Below, piece by piece: positions 45,129 to 53,983 of a stretch of DNA of 64,000 nt (its first letter is position 1; each line of letters opens with the position of its first letter). The notes below the pieces were generated by a model that was given only the letters and a program-made list of their open reading frames with translations, ran no database searches and was not told where the DNA came from. This DNA comes from Nitrososphaeria archaeon (lineage in GTDB: Archaea > Thermoproteota > Nitrososphaeria > Conexivisphaerales > UBA164), in the NCBI GenBank assembly GCA_049976505.1, contig JBMFIC010000001.1, positions 19,985-83,984 of the forward strand, written 5' to 3'. Made by a program: the position numbers and the translations under genes.

Positions 45129-46539
45129 GTCTTAACACCTCCCTGTCAAGGTCGAGCTCAGTAACATCCACGAACCGGCCATAAACGGCTGCAGCTGCAG
45201 CCATGAGAGGGCTTACTAGGTGAGTTCGCGCCCCAGGCCCCTGCCTGTTCTCAAAGTTCCTGTTAGAGGTGGACGCGGCCCTTTTGCCGCTGGGAACTCT
45301 ATCTGCGTTCATCGCTATGCACATGCTACAACCTGAGTGTCTCCATTCAAAGCCAGAATCCATGAAGATCTCGTGAAGTCCAAGCCTTTCGGCCTTCCTT
45401 CTAACCCACTCAGAGCCTGGAACTAGGAACGCTCTGACGTTAGGGCTGATCTTTCTGCCCTTGAGAAAGCTGGCCGCCTCTATAAGATCCGACAGCCTGG
45501 CGTTAGTGCACGACCCGATGAACACGTAGTCTATCTTTATGTCGGTTATTGGCTGGCCTGGCCTCAGATCCATGTACTTGAGAGCTCTCTCATATTCAGC
45601 TCTCTGCTGTTCCTTTACTTCATCTGGAGTTGGCACCCTTCCATCGACTGGAGCGACCATTGCAGGGTTTGTCCCCCAAGTTACCATAGGCTTAACATCC
45701 CTGACATCAAAGCTAATGCTTTTGTCGTATTCGGCTTTGGGATCGCTTTTCAGCGTTCTCCAGTACTTTACCGCTTCATCCCAGTCATCCTTCGGAGCAA
45801 GCGGTGCGTTCTTCAAGTATTCGAACGTCTTCTCATCAGGCTCCACGATGGCTGTTCTCGCGCCTGCCTCTATTGACATGTTACATAGCGTCATTCTTCC
45901 CTCAACGCCCATCTCAGATATAGCCGAGCCCGTGAACTCTATTATGTGACCTATGGCCCCTCCCGTGCCTATCCGCCCTATCATGTAGAGCGCTAGATCC
46001 TTTGGTGTAACTCCCATCCTGGGCTTTCCATCCATGATTATCCTGAACTGCTTTGGTTTCCTTATCCAAAGGGTCTGCGTCACGAAGACGTGCTCCACCT
46101 CCGACGTGCCAATGCCAAAGCTAAGAGCTCCTAGCGCGCCATGCGTGCTCGTATGGCTGTCACCCGCCGCTATTGTTAAACCCGGCAGAGAAAACCCCAG
46201 CTCTGGGCCAACTACATGTATTATGCCCTGGTACGGGCTGTAAAAGTCGAGGAGGGGCACGTTGAAATCCCTTGCGTTCCTCCAAAGCGCATCCATCTGC
46301 TGTTTGGAGAGCTCATCGATGGTTGGCCTTTCCTTCGAATCCGTTGGAACGTTATGATCCATTACTGCTAGCGTCAGATCTGGACGCCTTATCCTGTACC
46401 CTTTCTCCCTCATGTCGCTGAACGCAACTGGGGATGTAACTTCATGAGTCAGATGCCTATCAATGTAAAGAAGGGAGACACCCTCTTCTCTCGCGATCTC
46501 GTGCGCTTCCCATATTTTGTCGGTTATCGTAAGATGCAT
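45121..46539 (-). CDS. leuC: 3-isopropylmalate dehydratase large subunit
   Basis: Aconitase-family Fe-S ligand motifs: DSHT, GSCTNARLSDL and GCSMCI. The length is 472 aa. Confidence 0.9.
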   Translation of the reverse strand: MHLTITDKIWEAHEIAREEGVSLLYIDRHLTHEVTSPVAFSDMREKGYRIRRPDLTLAVMDHNVPTDSKERPTIDELSKQQMDALWRNARDFNVPLLDFYSPYQGIIHVVGPELGFSLPGLTIAAGDSHTSTHGALGALSFGIGTSEVEHVFVTQTLWIRKPKQFRIIMDGKPRMGVTPKDLALYMIGRIGTGGAIGHIIEFTGSAISEMGVEGRMTLCNMSIEAGARTAIVEPDEKTFEYLKNAPLAPKDDWDEAVKYWRTLKSDPKAEYDKSISFDVRDVKPMVTWGTNPAMVAPVDGRVPTPDEVKEQQRAEYERALKYMDLRPGQPITDIKIDYVFIGSCTNARLSDLIEAASFLKGRKISPNVRAFLVPGSEWVRRKAERLGLHEIFMDSGFEWRHSGCSMCIAMNADRVPSGKRAASTSNRNFENRQGPGARTHLVSPLMAAAAAVYGRFVDVTELDLDREVLRLA

Positions 46540-46621
46540 TATCTCGCATCAGCGGCTTGACCTTTAAAAGTTTTATTTTGATGTTTAGCGTTCCAGAGCC
46601 AGCCGACGAAAAAATTATGTA

Positions 46622-46695
46622 TGCGGTCGGCGGGATTTGAACCCGCGATCTTCAGCTTGGGAAGCTGACGTCCTGCCAGGCTAGACGACGACCGC
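46622..46695 (-). tRNA. tRNA-Gly (anticodon CCC)
   Basis: Hand fold: acceptor GCGGTCG/CGACCGC, anticodon stem TCAGC/GCTGA with loop TTCCCAA, T arm GCGGG-TTCAAAT-CCCGC. Length is 74 nt. Confidence 0.9.
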
Positions 46696-46843
46696 TCAGT
46701 TCATATTAGAGGCTCGTAATAATAAGCTTTACCGTCTTTTAGGCCTATGGCTTAACGCGCCTCTAATGATATTTATCGAAATCACTTTCATTTGCAGAAA
46801 ATTAAACAAACACATTTATTTATAGCAGTTAAAACCTGATTAA

Positions 46844-47821
46844 ATGCTGATTGATAGGTTCTTCAGAGTTGCAGAGAAGCTCCGGCTTTCAGTGACCGAT
46901 AAATGCAACTACAGGTGCGTGTTCTGCATGCCGTCGACTCCGGAGTTCGCAGACGAGAGCGAGCTCATGACGCTCGATGAGATCAAGAGAGTGCTTACCA
47001 TATTCAGAAGGCTTGGAGTTAAGGAAGTTAAGCTGACCGGAGGGGAGCCCCTCCTGAGAAACGATGTTCTGCATATAGTTAGCTTCGCGAGCGAGTTATT
47101 TGATGAGGTTTCAATGACGACCAATGGTTATTACCTTGAGAGGCTGGCGGCTGATCTGAGAAAAAGAGGTCTTAAGAGGGTTAACATAAGCCTTCATTCG
47201 CTGAAGCCAGATAAGTACAGGCAGATAACCGGCATAGATGGGCTTAAGAGAGCGCTTGAAGGCATAGAAGCCGCCAAAAACGCAGGCTTTGAAGAGATAA
47301 AGGTAAACGTCACTCTGATAAGAAGACTTAACGATGATGAAATCTTTGACTACTTAGAGTTCTCAAGGAGCACTGGAGTAACCGTAAGGTTCCTCGAATA
47401 TGAGCCGTTTGATGGCAACTGGGGCTGGAGGCCCGAAAGGGTAGTAAGTTCGGGGGAAGTGCTAAGGAGGATTTCTTCCCGATACAGGCTTTCGCCTATA
47501 GCCAGAGGAGCCCATTCAACGACGAAGTACTACTTTATTGATGAAATCGGGGTCAAGTTCGGCGTAATATCCTCAGTAACTGAGCCCTTCTGCTCCGACT
47601 GCAACAGGGTGAGGGTTACCGCCGATGGAGTATTCCTCCCCTGCATGTACTCGCTCAGCGGACCTAACCTCAAGAACATGATCAGGGAGGGCAAAAGCGA
47701 TGAGGAAATTATTAGCTCGATAAAGCAGGCTTACTTTAACAAATTCGAAGGAGTGATAAAATACGTAAAAGAGAACGCCATGCCTGAAGCTGTAAAGCCA
47801 ATGTACAAGCTTGGAGGTTAA
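46844..47821 (+). CDS. moaA: GTP 3',8-cyclase MoaA (radical SAM)
   Basis: CNYRCVFCMP radical SAM motif, LTGGEPLLR, and C-terminal CSDCNRVRVTADG for the second cluster. Confidence 0.85.
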   Translation: MLIDRFFRVAEKLRLSVTDKCNYRCVFCMPSTPEFADESELMTLDEIKRVLTIFRRLGVKEVKLTGGEPLLRNDVLHIVSFASELFDEVSMTTNGYYLERLAADLRKRGLKRVNISLHSLKPDKYRQITGIDGLKRALEGIEAAKNAGFEEIKVNVTLIRRLNDDEIFDYLEFSRSTGVTVRFLEYEPFDGNWGWRPERVVSSGEVLRRISSRYRLSPIARGAHSTTKYYFIDEIGVKFGVISSVTEPFCSDCNRVRVTADGVFLPCMYSLSGPNLKNMIREGKSDEEIISSIKQAYFNKFEGVIKYVKENAMPEAVKPMYKLGG

Positions 47822-47834
47822 AAACAATTACGAT

Positions 47835-48413
47835 CTAGTAGTAAAAACCTGCCTTTTTGAAGGGGCTATCCTGAAATACCTTGGAAAGACCGAATGAATG
47901 TATAAAGTGCGTAAAGGCCTTCTTTAGATGAGGATCTGGGTTAGGATTGGCCTCGTAGAACATCCCCTCCAGAAGCCTCGATGCATGCTCCTTGAAGGCG
48001 TTTTCATCCTTTACCACGAACACAAGAGTGAACGGCCTCATTCCAAAGAATGAAACGCTGGAGAACTTCCTTCCCTCCATTCCAACGCCTGTGTTGAGCT
48101 TTATTATTCTAGCGTTTGGAACCTTCCTGGCTATTCTCCTTGCAATTGAAGCCTCTGGGACTCTCGTAAAACCGTTAAGCTCGATTTCGTCTAGATAAAC
48201 CTTTAGAGCCTCTTCCTTGCTCTTCAAAAGGCCCATCTGTTTTAACCATCTATATATTGTAGGTATTGATACATTTAAAATTTTTGACATTTCCGACGGT
48301 TTTTTGCCCTGCATATACAGATCTGATAATATTTTTAGATATTCGGCATTCTCTTCGTAAATTGGCTTTCTTCCGACCCTCTCCTTCTTGGGTTTCAGCG
48401 TGAGATTGATCAT
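47835..48413 (-). CDS. Hypothetical protein with N-terminal Hin/resolvase-type HTH
   Basis: KKPSEMSKILNVSIPTIYRWLKQMG is a Hin-type HTH. I do not recognise the ~120 aa C-terminal part. A 252-nt very AT-rich spacer lies upstream. Confidence 0.4.
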   Translation of the reverse strand: MINLTLKPKKERVGRKPIYEENAEYLKILSDLYMQGKKPSEMSKILNVSIPTIYRWLKQMGLLKSKEEALKVYLDEIELNGFTRVPEASIARRIARKVPNARIIKLNTGVGMEGRKFSSVSFFGMRPFTLVFVVKDENAFKEHASRLLEGMFYEANPNPDPHLKKAFTHFIHSFGLSKVFQDSPFKKAGFYY

Positions 48414-48665
48414 TTTTGGATACCTCTCTTTTGGTCCTATTTTAATGTTGTTGTTAAATTTATGAGATATAAGAAAGTTAGGTGACGTTTTTCAAAATAT
48501 TTAATAAAGTCTGTGATGCGATTATAATAATTTTAAATTAATTCTGAGAAGTTCGTTACGCACAATTAAATGAATGCCTTTAATAATGAAGAATTTTACG
48601 CGTTAATTTTATCAACGGATGCATTGATTGGTAAAGCTTTTATTGGGCATTATTAAGAATATCCT

Positions 48666-49835
48666 GTGATTATTACGCAAATATACTTTGCAGTTGAGCT
48701 TGCGTTAATATCATTTGGAGTTTATTGGAGCCTAATTATAGGATTGGGCTTTATCGATCTGTATCGTAGCAGGAAAAGCAGACCTGATCCTGTCGATGAT
48801 GCAGTAGGACTTTCCATAATAATACCTGCAAAAAACGAAGAGAGAACTCTCGAAAGGGCTGTCGAATCAATTCTAAGGGCGGACTACCCAAAGAATAAGC
48901 TTGAGATAATTATAGTAGAGGACGGCTCAACGGATAGAACGCTTAACGTAGCAAAAGAGCTGGAGAGCAGGTACGGTGGACTGGTTAAGGTTTATAGCCT
49001 GACAAGTAACAAGGAAAGAAAGGCCGGCGCTCTCAACTTCGGGATCAAGGTCTCAAGGTTCGACAACCTTGTGTTTGTCGACGCTGACGCGGTGATTGAC
49101 AGGGACTATCTCATAAAGGCTTCGAACGCAATGAAGAAATACGACGTGGCCACGGGCTTAACCGGAGTGAACGCGGTCAAACATAACTGGCTTACGTTTA
49201 TGAATGAACTTGAAAGCGATGTGATGAATTACATTATAGCAGGAAGCTATAAGCTGGGACTGCCGCCGCCGATAAACGGGTACAGCCTTGTGATAAAGAA
49301 GAGCTTGCTAGACAGGGTTGGGGCTTTTAAGAACAGCATAACTGAAGACATAGATCTCTGGGCAAGATTGGTGTTTAACAAAATTAAAATCGGATACTTC
49401 AGAAGCAAGGTCCACGTTATGCCACCACTAACGCTCAGAGAGTTCTTTGTGCAGAGGCTAAGATGGTACAAGGGGTATGTGGACGCGCTTTCAGAGCACT
49501 TTAAAATGCCAACCAACAGAAAAGTGTTGCACATGGAACTCTATCTTGCTATGCCGATCTTTGGGGCAACTAGCCTAATCTTCACAGTTGGATCGAGCAT
49601 GCTAAAGATGATGTATCTCGCGTTCAACACGTTAGGGTTGATAGTTAACTTTGTCGGCACGGCATTATTGATTATGGCTTACCTGAAGTATAGAGAAAAA
49701 CACGGCAGTGGCTCCTACATAAAGTACTCATTGCTGGGGTATCCATACGTGCTACTGATGCTGTTAACAAGCGCCGCTGCCATGCTTGCAAAGTTGCTCG
49801 GAATAAAGATTAGCTGGATAAGGAAATCTAGATGA
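48666..49835 (+). CDS. Membrane-embedded family 2 glycosyltransferase, processive (QxxRW) type
   Basis: IIIPAKNEE, EDGSTDRT, VDADA (DxD) and QRLRWYKG (QxxRW), with N- and C-terminal TM helices. Confidence 0.8.
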   Translation: MIITQIYFAVELALISFGVYWSLIIGLGFIDLYRSRKSRPDPVDDAVGLSIIIPAKNEERTLERAVESILRADYPKNKLEIIIVEDGSTDRTLNVAKELESRYGGLVKVYSLTSNKERKAGALNFGIKVSRFDNLVFVDADAVIDRDYLIKASNAMKKYDVATGLTGVNAVKHNWLTFMNELESDVMNYIIAGSYKLGLPPPINGYSLVIKKSLLDRVGAFKNSITEDIDLWARLVFNKIKIGYFRSKVHVMPPLTLREFFVQRLRWYKGYVDALSEHFKMPTNRKVLHMELYLAMPIFGATSLIFTVGSSMLKMMYLAFNTLGLIVNFVGTALLIMAYLKYREKHGSGSYIKYSLLGYPYVLLMLLTSAAAMLAKLLGIKISWIRKSR

Positions 49836-50304
49836 ACGAGCTCATGCAGCTGCCCTCTTTAACAGTAGTTAGTACTATATGAGTGTTAGTTCTCTCCACA
49901 TGTTCGAGAGAAAGTAACGCCTTCGTAAAAGAGCTCAGCTCATCGTGCGATTTGAACTTTGCGATAAGAATGACATCGCTTTCGCCGGTTACATCATACA
50001 CGGAGAGAACGTTGGGAAATTCGGATATCGTCTTTTCAAGCTCCAGCAGCTTTCCGCCACTTATGACAACCTCTATGATAGCGGTTATGGTGTATCCTGC
50101 CTTCGCCCAATCAACCACTGCCCTATACGAGCTTATGTAACCCTCCTTTTCCAGCCTTTTGATCTTGTTATGAACAGTTCCTACTGAAAAGCCAACGCGC
50201 TTTGCTATCTCCCTTATCGGCGTCTTAGCGTTCTCGCAGAGGATGCTGAGTATTTTTCTGTCAACCTCATCTATCAATTTATGATAATTCTTTAGGTTAA
50301 TCAT
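49828..50304 (-). CDS. Lrp/AsnC-family transcriptional regulator (full length)
   Basis: HTH ...TPIREIAKRVGFSVGTVHNKIKRLEKEGYI plus a RAM domain. Confidence 0.85.
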   Translation of the reverse strand: MINLKNYHKLIDEVDRKILSILCENAKTPIREIAKRVGFSVGTVHNKIKRLEKEGYISSYRAVVDWAKAGYTITAIIEVVISGGKLLELEKTISEFPNVLSVYDVTGESDVILIAKFKSHDELSSFTKALLSLEHVERTNTHIVLTTVKEGSCMSSFI

Positions 50305-50389
50305 CTAATAAAATTTAAGGGATCATAATTCGCATTGCCCTATCAATTTTTCTAATAAGTATATAACGAAATTAAGCCCTATACGCTAT

Positions 50390-51445
50390 GTGCTGAAGGA
50401 GGCTTATCTGTTCAAAAAAGCTGGAGAAAGGATAAAGTGTCTTGCATGCGCTAGGGGATGTCTTCTTGGAGAGGGACAGATAGGATTCTGTGGAGTTAGA
50501 GGGGTTAAAGGTGGGAAGCTTTACCTGCTTAACTACGGCATTGTTGAAGCCCTTCACATGGATCCCATAGAGAAGAAACCTCTTGTGCACTTCTACCCTG
50601 GAAGCAAAGTTCTCAGCATGGGCACTACTGGATGCAGCTGGGCCTGCGCATACTGCCAGAACTTTGATCTTTCTCAGAGAAAAAGGATTGAAGGAATTGA
50701 AATGATGCCAGATGAAATAATAAATTTGGCTAAAAGATACGGGGCGGACGGACTTGCCTATACGTATAACGAGCCCAGCATCTTCGCGGAGTTCGCACAC
50801 GACGTGGGGGTTGAAGGAAGAAAGGCCGGGCTTTTCAACGTGTTCGTTAGCAACGGCTACTTCACCGATGAGGAAATTGACTACTTTACTGAGTTCCTGG
50901 ATGCTATAACAGTTGACTTCAAGGGCAATGGAAACAGAAACTTTCTGAGAAAGTACGCTGCCGTGCCTGATCCAGAGCCTATATTTAATTCACTTAAGGA
51001 GCTCAGGAGAAAGGGTGTTCACGTTGAAATTACCGACCTTGTTGTCCCTGAAGTAGGGGATTCGCTTGATGATGCCAGAAGGCTCTCAAGGTGGATTGTA
51101 GATAATCTAGGGGATGATACGCCAATACACTTTCTGCGATTTCATCCGGATTACAAGATGCTGTGGCTTCCCGAAACACCGGTGAGCACCCTTGAGGCGC
51201 ATTACAGAGTAGCGAGGGATGAGGGGCTTAAGTTCGTGTACTTGGGGAACGTCCCTGGGCATCCATATGAACACACGTACTGCCCGAACTGCGGAGCTCC
51301 GGTGATAAAAAGGTACGGGTTTGAAATAATTGAATATAACCTAGATGATGAGAACAGATGCAAGTTCTGTGGCTACAGGCTTCCGATCAAGGGAAAGCCA
51401 AAGAAGGAGCCTCTTTATCGTAGGTTCTTCCCTGTTGAGTTCTAA
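50390..51445 (+). CDS. AmmeMemoRadiSam-system radical SAM enzyme
   Basis: N-terminal [27 protein letters not shown], and [11 protein letters not shown] (CxxxCxxC). A C-terminal CPNCG...CKFCG ribbon follows. Confidence 0.8.
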   Translation: MLKEAYLFKKAGERIKCLACARGCLLGEGQIGFCGVRGVKGGKLYLLNYGIVEALHMDPIEKKPLVHFYPGSKVLSMGTTGCSWACAYCQNFDLSQRKRIEGIEMMPDEIINLAKRYGADGLAYTYNEPSIFAEFAHDVGVEGRKAGLFNVFVSNGYFTDEEIDYFTEFLDAITVDFKGNGNRNFLRKYAAVPDPEPIFNSLKELRRKGVHVEITDLVVPEVGDSLDDARRLSRWIVDNLGDDTPIHFLRFHPDYKMLWLPETPVSTLEAHYRVARDEGLKFVYLGNVPGHPYEHTYCPNCGAPVIKRYGFEIIEYNLDDENRCKFCGYRLPIKGKPKKEPLYRRFFPVEF

Positions 51446-51449
51446 ACGC

Positions 51450-52793
51450 TCATCTGATGAACTCCGAATGCACCGCCCTTATAGCATTTACGCAATCCTC
51501 GCCCCTTATAACGAATCCTATGTTAAGCTCGCTGGATCCCTGAATTATCATTATTATGTTAATCATGTTCCTAGCAACGGCACCAAACAGCCTTGCAGCA
51601 ACGCCAGGCGTGCCCTTCATGCCTTCGCCTATGATTGATACAAGGCAGACACCGCTGACAATCTTGTAGTCCTCTATCGTTTCGCCCATGAACTGAATCT
51701 CGATGATGTTTCTTAGCTTGTTCACGTCCTTTTGATCAACTATAAGGTTAATCTCAGAGCCTGACGAGCTCTGAATTATTGTGTGATACTTTATTGAGTT
51801 CCTAAGAACTTCGTTTATAAGAAGCGGGATAACGGATCTGAGCTCCGTGCCCGTTATAGTTACAATTGCAAGATCGGATCTATAGGCTACCGCCTTAACG
51901 ACGTTGGATAACACCGGGCTCTGGCTTCTTATTTGCGTTCCTTCCTCATCGGGCATGTCGGCGGTCCTGAAGCTCAGCTCTATGTTCTTCATTTTGAGTA
52001 TCTCAAGAGCCATAGGATTGAAGAGCTCGGGATTTATTGAGAAAAGCTCCATGGCTTCCCTATATGACATAACCTCAATCCTTTTTGCGGATTGAACTAT
52101 CGTGGGATCGGCTGACATAAGGCCCTGAGAGCCTGTCCAGACCGTCAGCGTTTTTGCGTCTGTCGTGGCGGCCAGAAGGGATGCTATGAGGTCGGCACTT
52201 CCCCGCGGTGCCCTAATTATTTTGCCGTATGAATCAGATGCGGTAAACGAGCCTACAAGATGTATAGTTTCGCGGTTCCCCTGAAGAGCTTCAACGAATC
52301 TTCTGCACTTGTTAAGGGAGGCATTAAGAAGCAGCTCGGGTGTGAGCTGCTCCCTGAAAGTAATTCCACACTCAGAGCCCGTGTGTATATATAAGCTGCT
52401 GAACCCCTTTTCTCTAATTTTGTCGGCAATGGCCCCCAGAAATATCTTTTCAAAGCTGTAGTATATTCGTCCTACCAGCGCGGGATAGAGCTCCGACACC
52501 TTAGCAGTGAGAGCTATTATTTCCTTTATTTCACCATAAAGATCCCGAGCATGATCGCCGCCGAGCCTTCCATTCTCGGTGAGCTCGTTGAACGCTCTTT
52601 CCGCAGAATCCAGAGCTCCTTGATTACCCTGCGAAGCCAGCGAAAGCGCCTTTTCGATCTCATCCTTCAGCTTCTTTGGAGGCGATAATACGATGATGCC
52701 TCCTTTCTCATACCGCCTAATAATTAAATCCGCAATTAGGTCGTACCCTTTAATCGCAAACGCGCTGCTGCTGACTTTGGCTATTTCAAACAT
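51450..52793 (-). CDS. Aspartokinase-like protein: degenerate kinase-domain motifs, two well-conserved ACT domains
   Basis: Collinear with archaeal aspartokinase (..SADPTIV..SYREAMEL.., ACT: VSIIGEGMKGTPGVAARLF..IIMIIQGSSELNIGFVI). However KFGGTS is KVSSSA, TDV(D/S)G is TGSQG, and FGAKVLHP is INPELFNP. Confidence 0.65.
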   Translation of the reverse strand: MFEIAKVSSSAFAIKGYDLIADLIIRRYEKGGIIVLSPPKKLKDEIEKALSLASQGNQGALDSAERAFNELTENGRLGGDHARDLYGEIKEIIALTAKVSELYPALVGRIYYSFEKIFLGAIADKIREKGFSSLYIHTGSECGITFREQLTPELLLNASLNKCRRFVEALQGNRETIHLVGSFTASDSYGKIIRAPRGSADLIASLLAATTDAKTLTVWTGSQGLMSADPTIVQSAKRIEVMSYREAMELFSINPELFNPMALEILKMKNIELSFRTADMPDEEGTQIRSQSPVLSNVVKAVAYRSDLAIVTITGTELRSVIPLLINEVLRNSIKYHTIIQSSSGSEINLIVDQKDVNKLRNIIEIQFMGETIEDYKIVSGVCLVSIIGEGMKGTPGVAARLFGAVARNMINIIMIIQGSSELNIGFVIRGEDCVNAIRAVHSEFIR

Positions 52794-53012
52794 TAACTGC
52801 TGAACCCTATGCTTTACTTTTAAGCGTTTCCGGAGCAGGGTTTAACGGAGCGCGGAATGTGCGAATTTTGAAAAAAGGGAAATACGTGTGGAAAGAGAGG
52901 GTGAATTTCCCAAATTTAACATACACGTTATCTACTTATTACAAATTTAACCCTGCAGGACACAGTAAAATTTTTATTTTTATTTAAAAACATGTAATAT
53001 CAAGTGATACCC

Positions 53013-53483
53013 ATGTCGGTTAACTACTCTAAGATCAGGTTGAAAATAGGTGTAAATGAGATAGAAATTTACGGTACTAAGGAAGACATGCAGTTTCTCG
53101 GAGACCTTGCTCTAAGGATATACAACGAGCTTAGCAACACGCCGGAGGCTGTAGCTGGAGTTTCGGAACAGCAGGAAAGCGAATCAAGCGTGGTTACGCC
53201 GGAACAGCTGCCGAACGTTCAGCTTGATCCTAACGCGTCGCTCCCCGTTAACATTCTAAAGCTTTTTACAAGCGAGTGGGGGACAAAGCCGCGCAGACTT
53301 TCAGAAGTTAAGGAGGTGCTTGACAGTTTTGGCCTCGTCTATCCCAAACAGACGGTGGCGGTCTCACTGCTGAGATTGGCCAAAGAGGGCAAGATAAGAA
53401 GGTTCAAAAACGAGAGAGGCGAATACGTATATGTCGCTGTGCCGAGCAAATTAATAAAGGAACCACAGGGTGAACAGGCATGA
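53013..53483 (+). CDS. Hypothetical protein with C-terminal winged-helix domain (paralog A)
   Basis: N-terminal IRLKIGVNEIEIYGTKEDMQFLGDLALRIYNEL, an acidic/Q-rich linker, and C-terminal ..VAVSLLRLAKEGKIRRFKN..GEYVYV (wHTH-like). Confidence 0.35.
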   Translation: MSVNYSKIRLKIGVNEIEIYGTKEDMQFLGDLALRIYNELSNTPEAVAGVSEQQESESSVVTPEQLPNVQLDPNASLPVNILKLFTSEWGTKPRRLSEVKEVLDSFGLVYPKQTVAVSLLRLAKEGKIRRFKNERGEYVYVAVPSKLIKEPQGEQA

Positions 53484-53983
53484 GCGAGAACACGCTTAGA
53501 GTCGATATAAAGTACGGAGACATTTCAGCGTCGTTTTCAGGAAAGCCTGACGAGGTTATCACCGCAATTATAAAGTTCCTCTCGGATAATCTGCCCGCAA
53601 TAGATCTCGCCAAAAGGATAACGCTCAGCTACGACCTTCAGGATCTAATACAGATGTTTTCTGATTATGTGAAAATAACCAATGAAGGACCCAGAATCGT
53701 TGCCGATAACAACCTTAGCATAAAACAGAAGATAACCCTGCAGCTCGTGGGCAACAAAATTGCATATCTCATGAACAGGATTCAGAGCGAGCCCATGAGC
53801 GTTCAGGACCTAATCAACGTTCTTGGCCTGCCTGGCAAATCCATAAGCAGCAGGCTGAGCGAGCTCGTAAAGGCTGGATACGTTGCAAGGATCGAAGATC
53901 AGAAGACAACCAAGTACATGATCACGACCCTGGGCATCAAGTGGCTGTCCGACACTTTAACCGGAAAGATCAGGGCTGACTGA
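53480..53983 (+). CDS. Hypothetical protein with C-terminal winged-helix domain (paralog B)
   Basis: N-terminal LRVDIKYGDISASFSGKPDEVITAIIKFLSDNL parallels paralog A. The C-terminus MSVQDLINVLGLPGKSISSRLSELVKAGYVARIED is wHTH-like. An ATGA start/stop overlap with paralog A is present. Confidence 0.35.
   Translation: MSENTLRVDIKYGDISASFSGKPDEVITAIIKFLSDNLPAIDLAKRITLSYDLQDLIQMFSDYVKITNEGPRIVADNNLSIKQKITLQLVGNKIAYLMNRIQSEPMSVQDLINVLGLPGKSISSRLSELVKAGYVARIEDQKTTKYMITTLGIKWLSDTLTGKIRAD

Noticed and set aside
28073-46621. 18.5-kb segment bracketed by two same-orientation, near-identical tRNA-Gly genes, resembling island boundaries
   Set aside because: The segment contains core genes (ribosomal protein operon, rpoK, aIF5B, leuCD, rbcL) and no integrase. 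The similarity does not extend beyond the tRNA bodies.
46705-46767. 9-bp inverted repeat ATTAGAGGC / GCCTCTAAT with a nested TAAGC/GCTTA pair
   Set aside because: It lies in the shared upstream region of tRNA-Gly(CCC) and moaA and has no box motifs. I cannot distinguish a leader or promoter structure from chance, so it is left uncalled.
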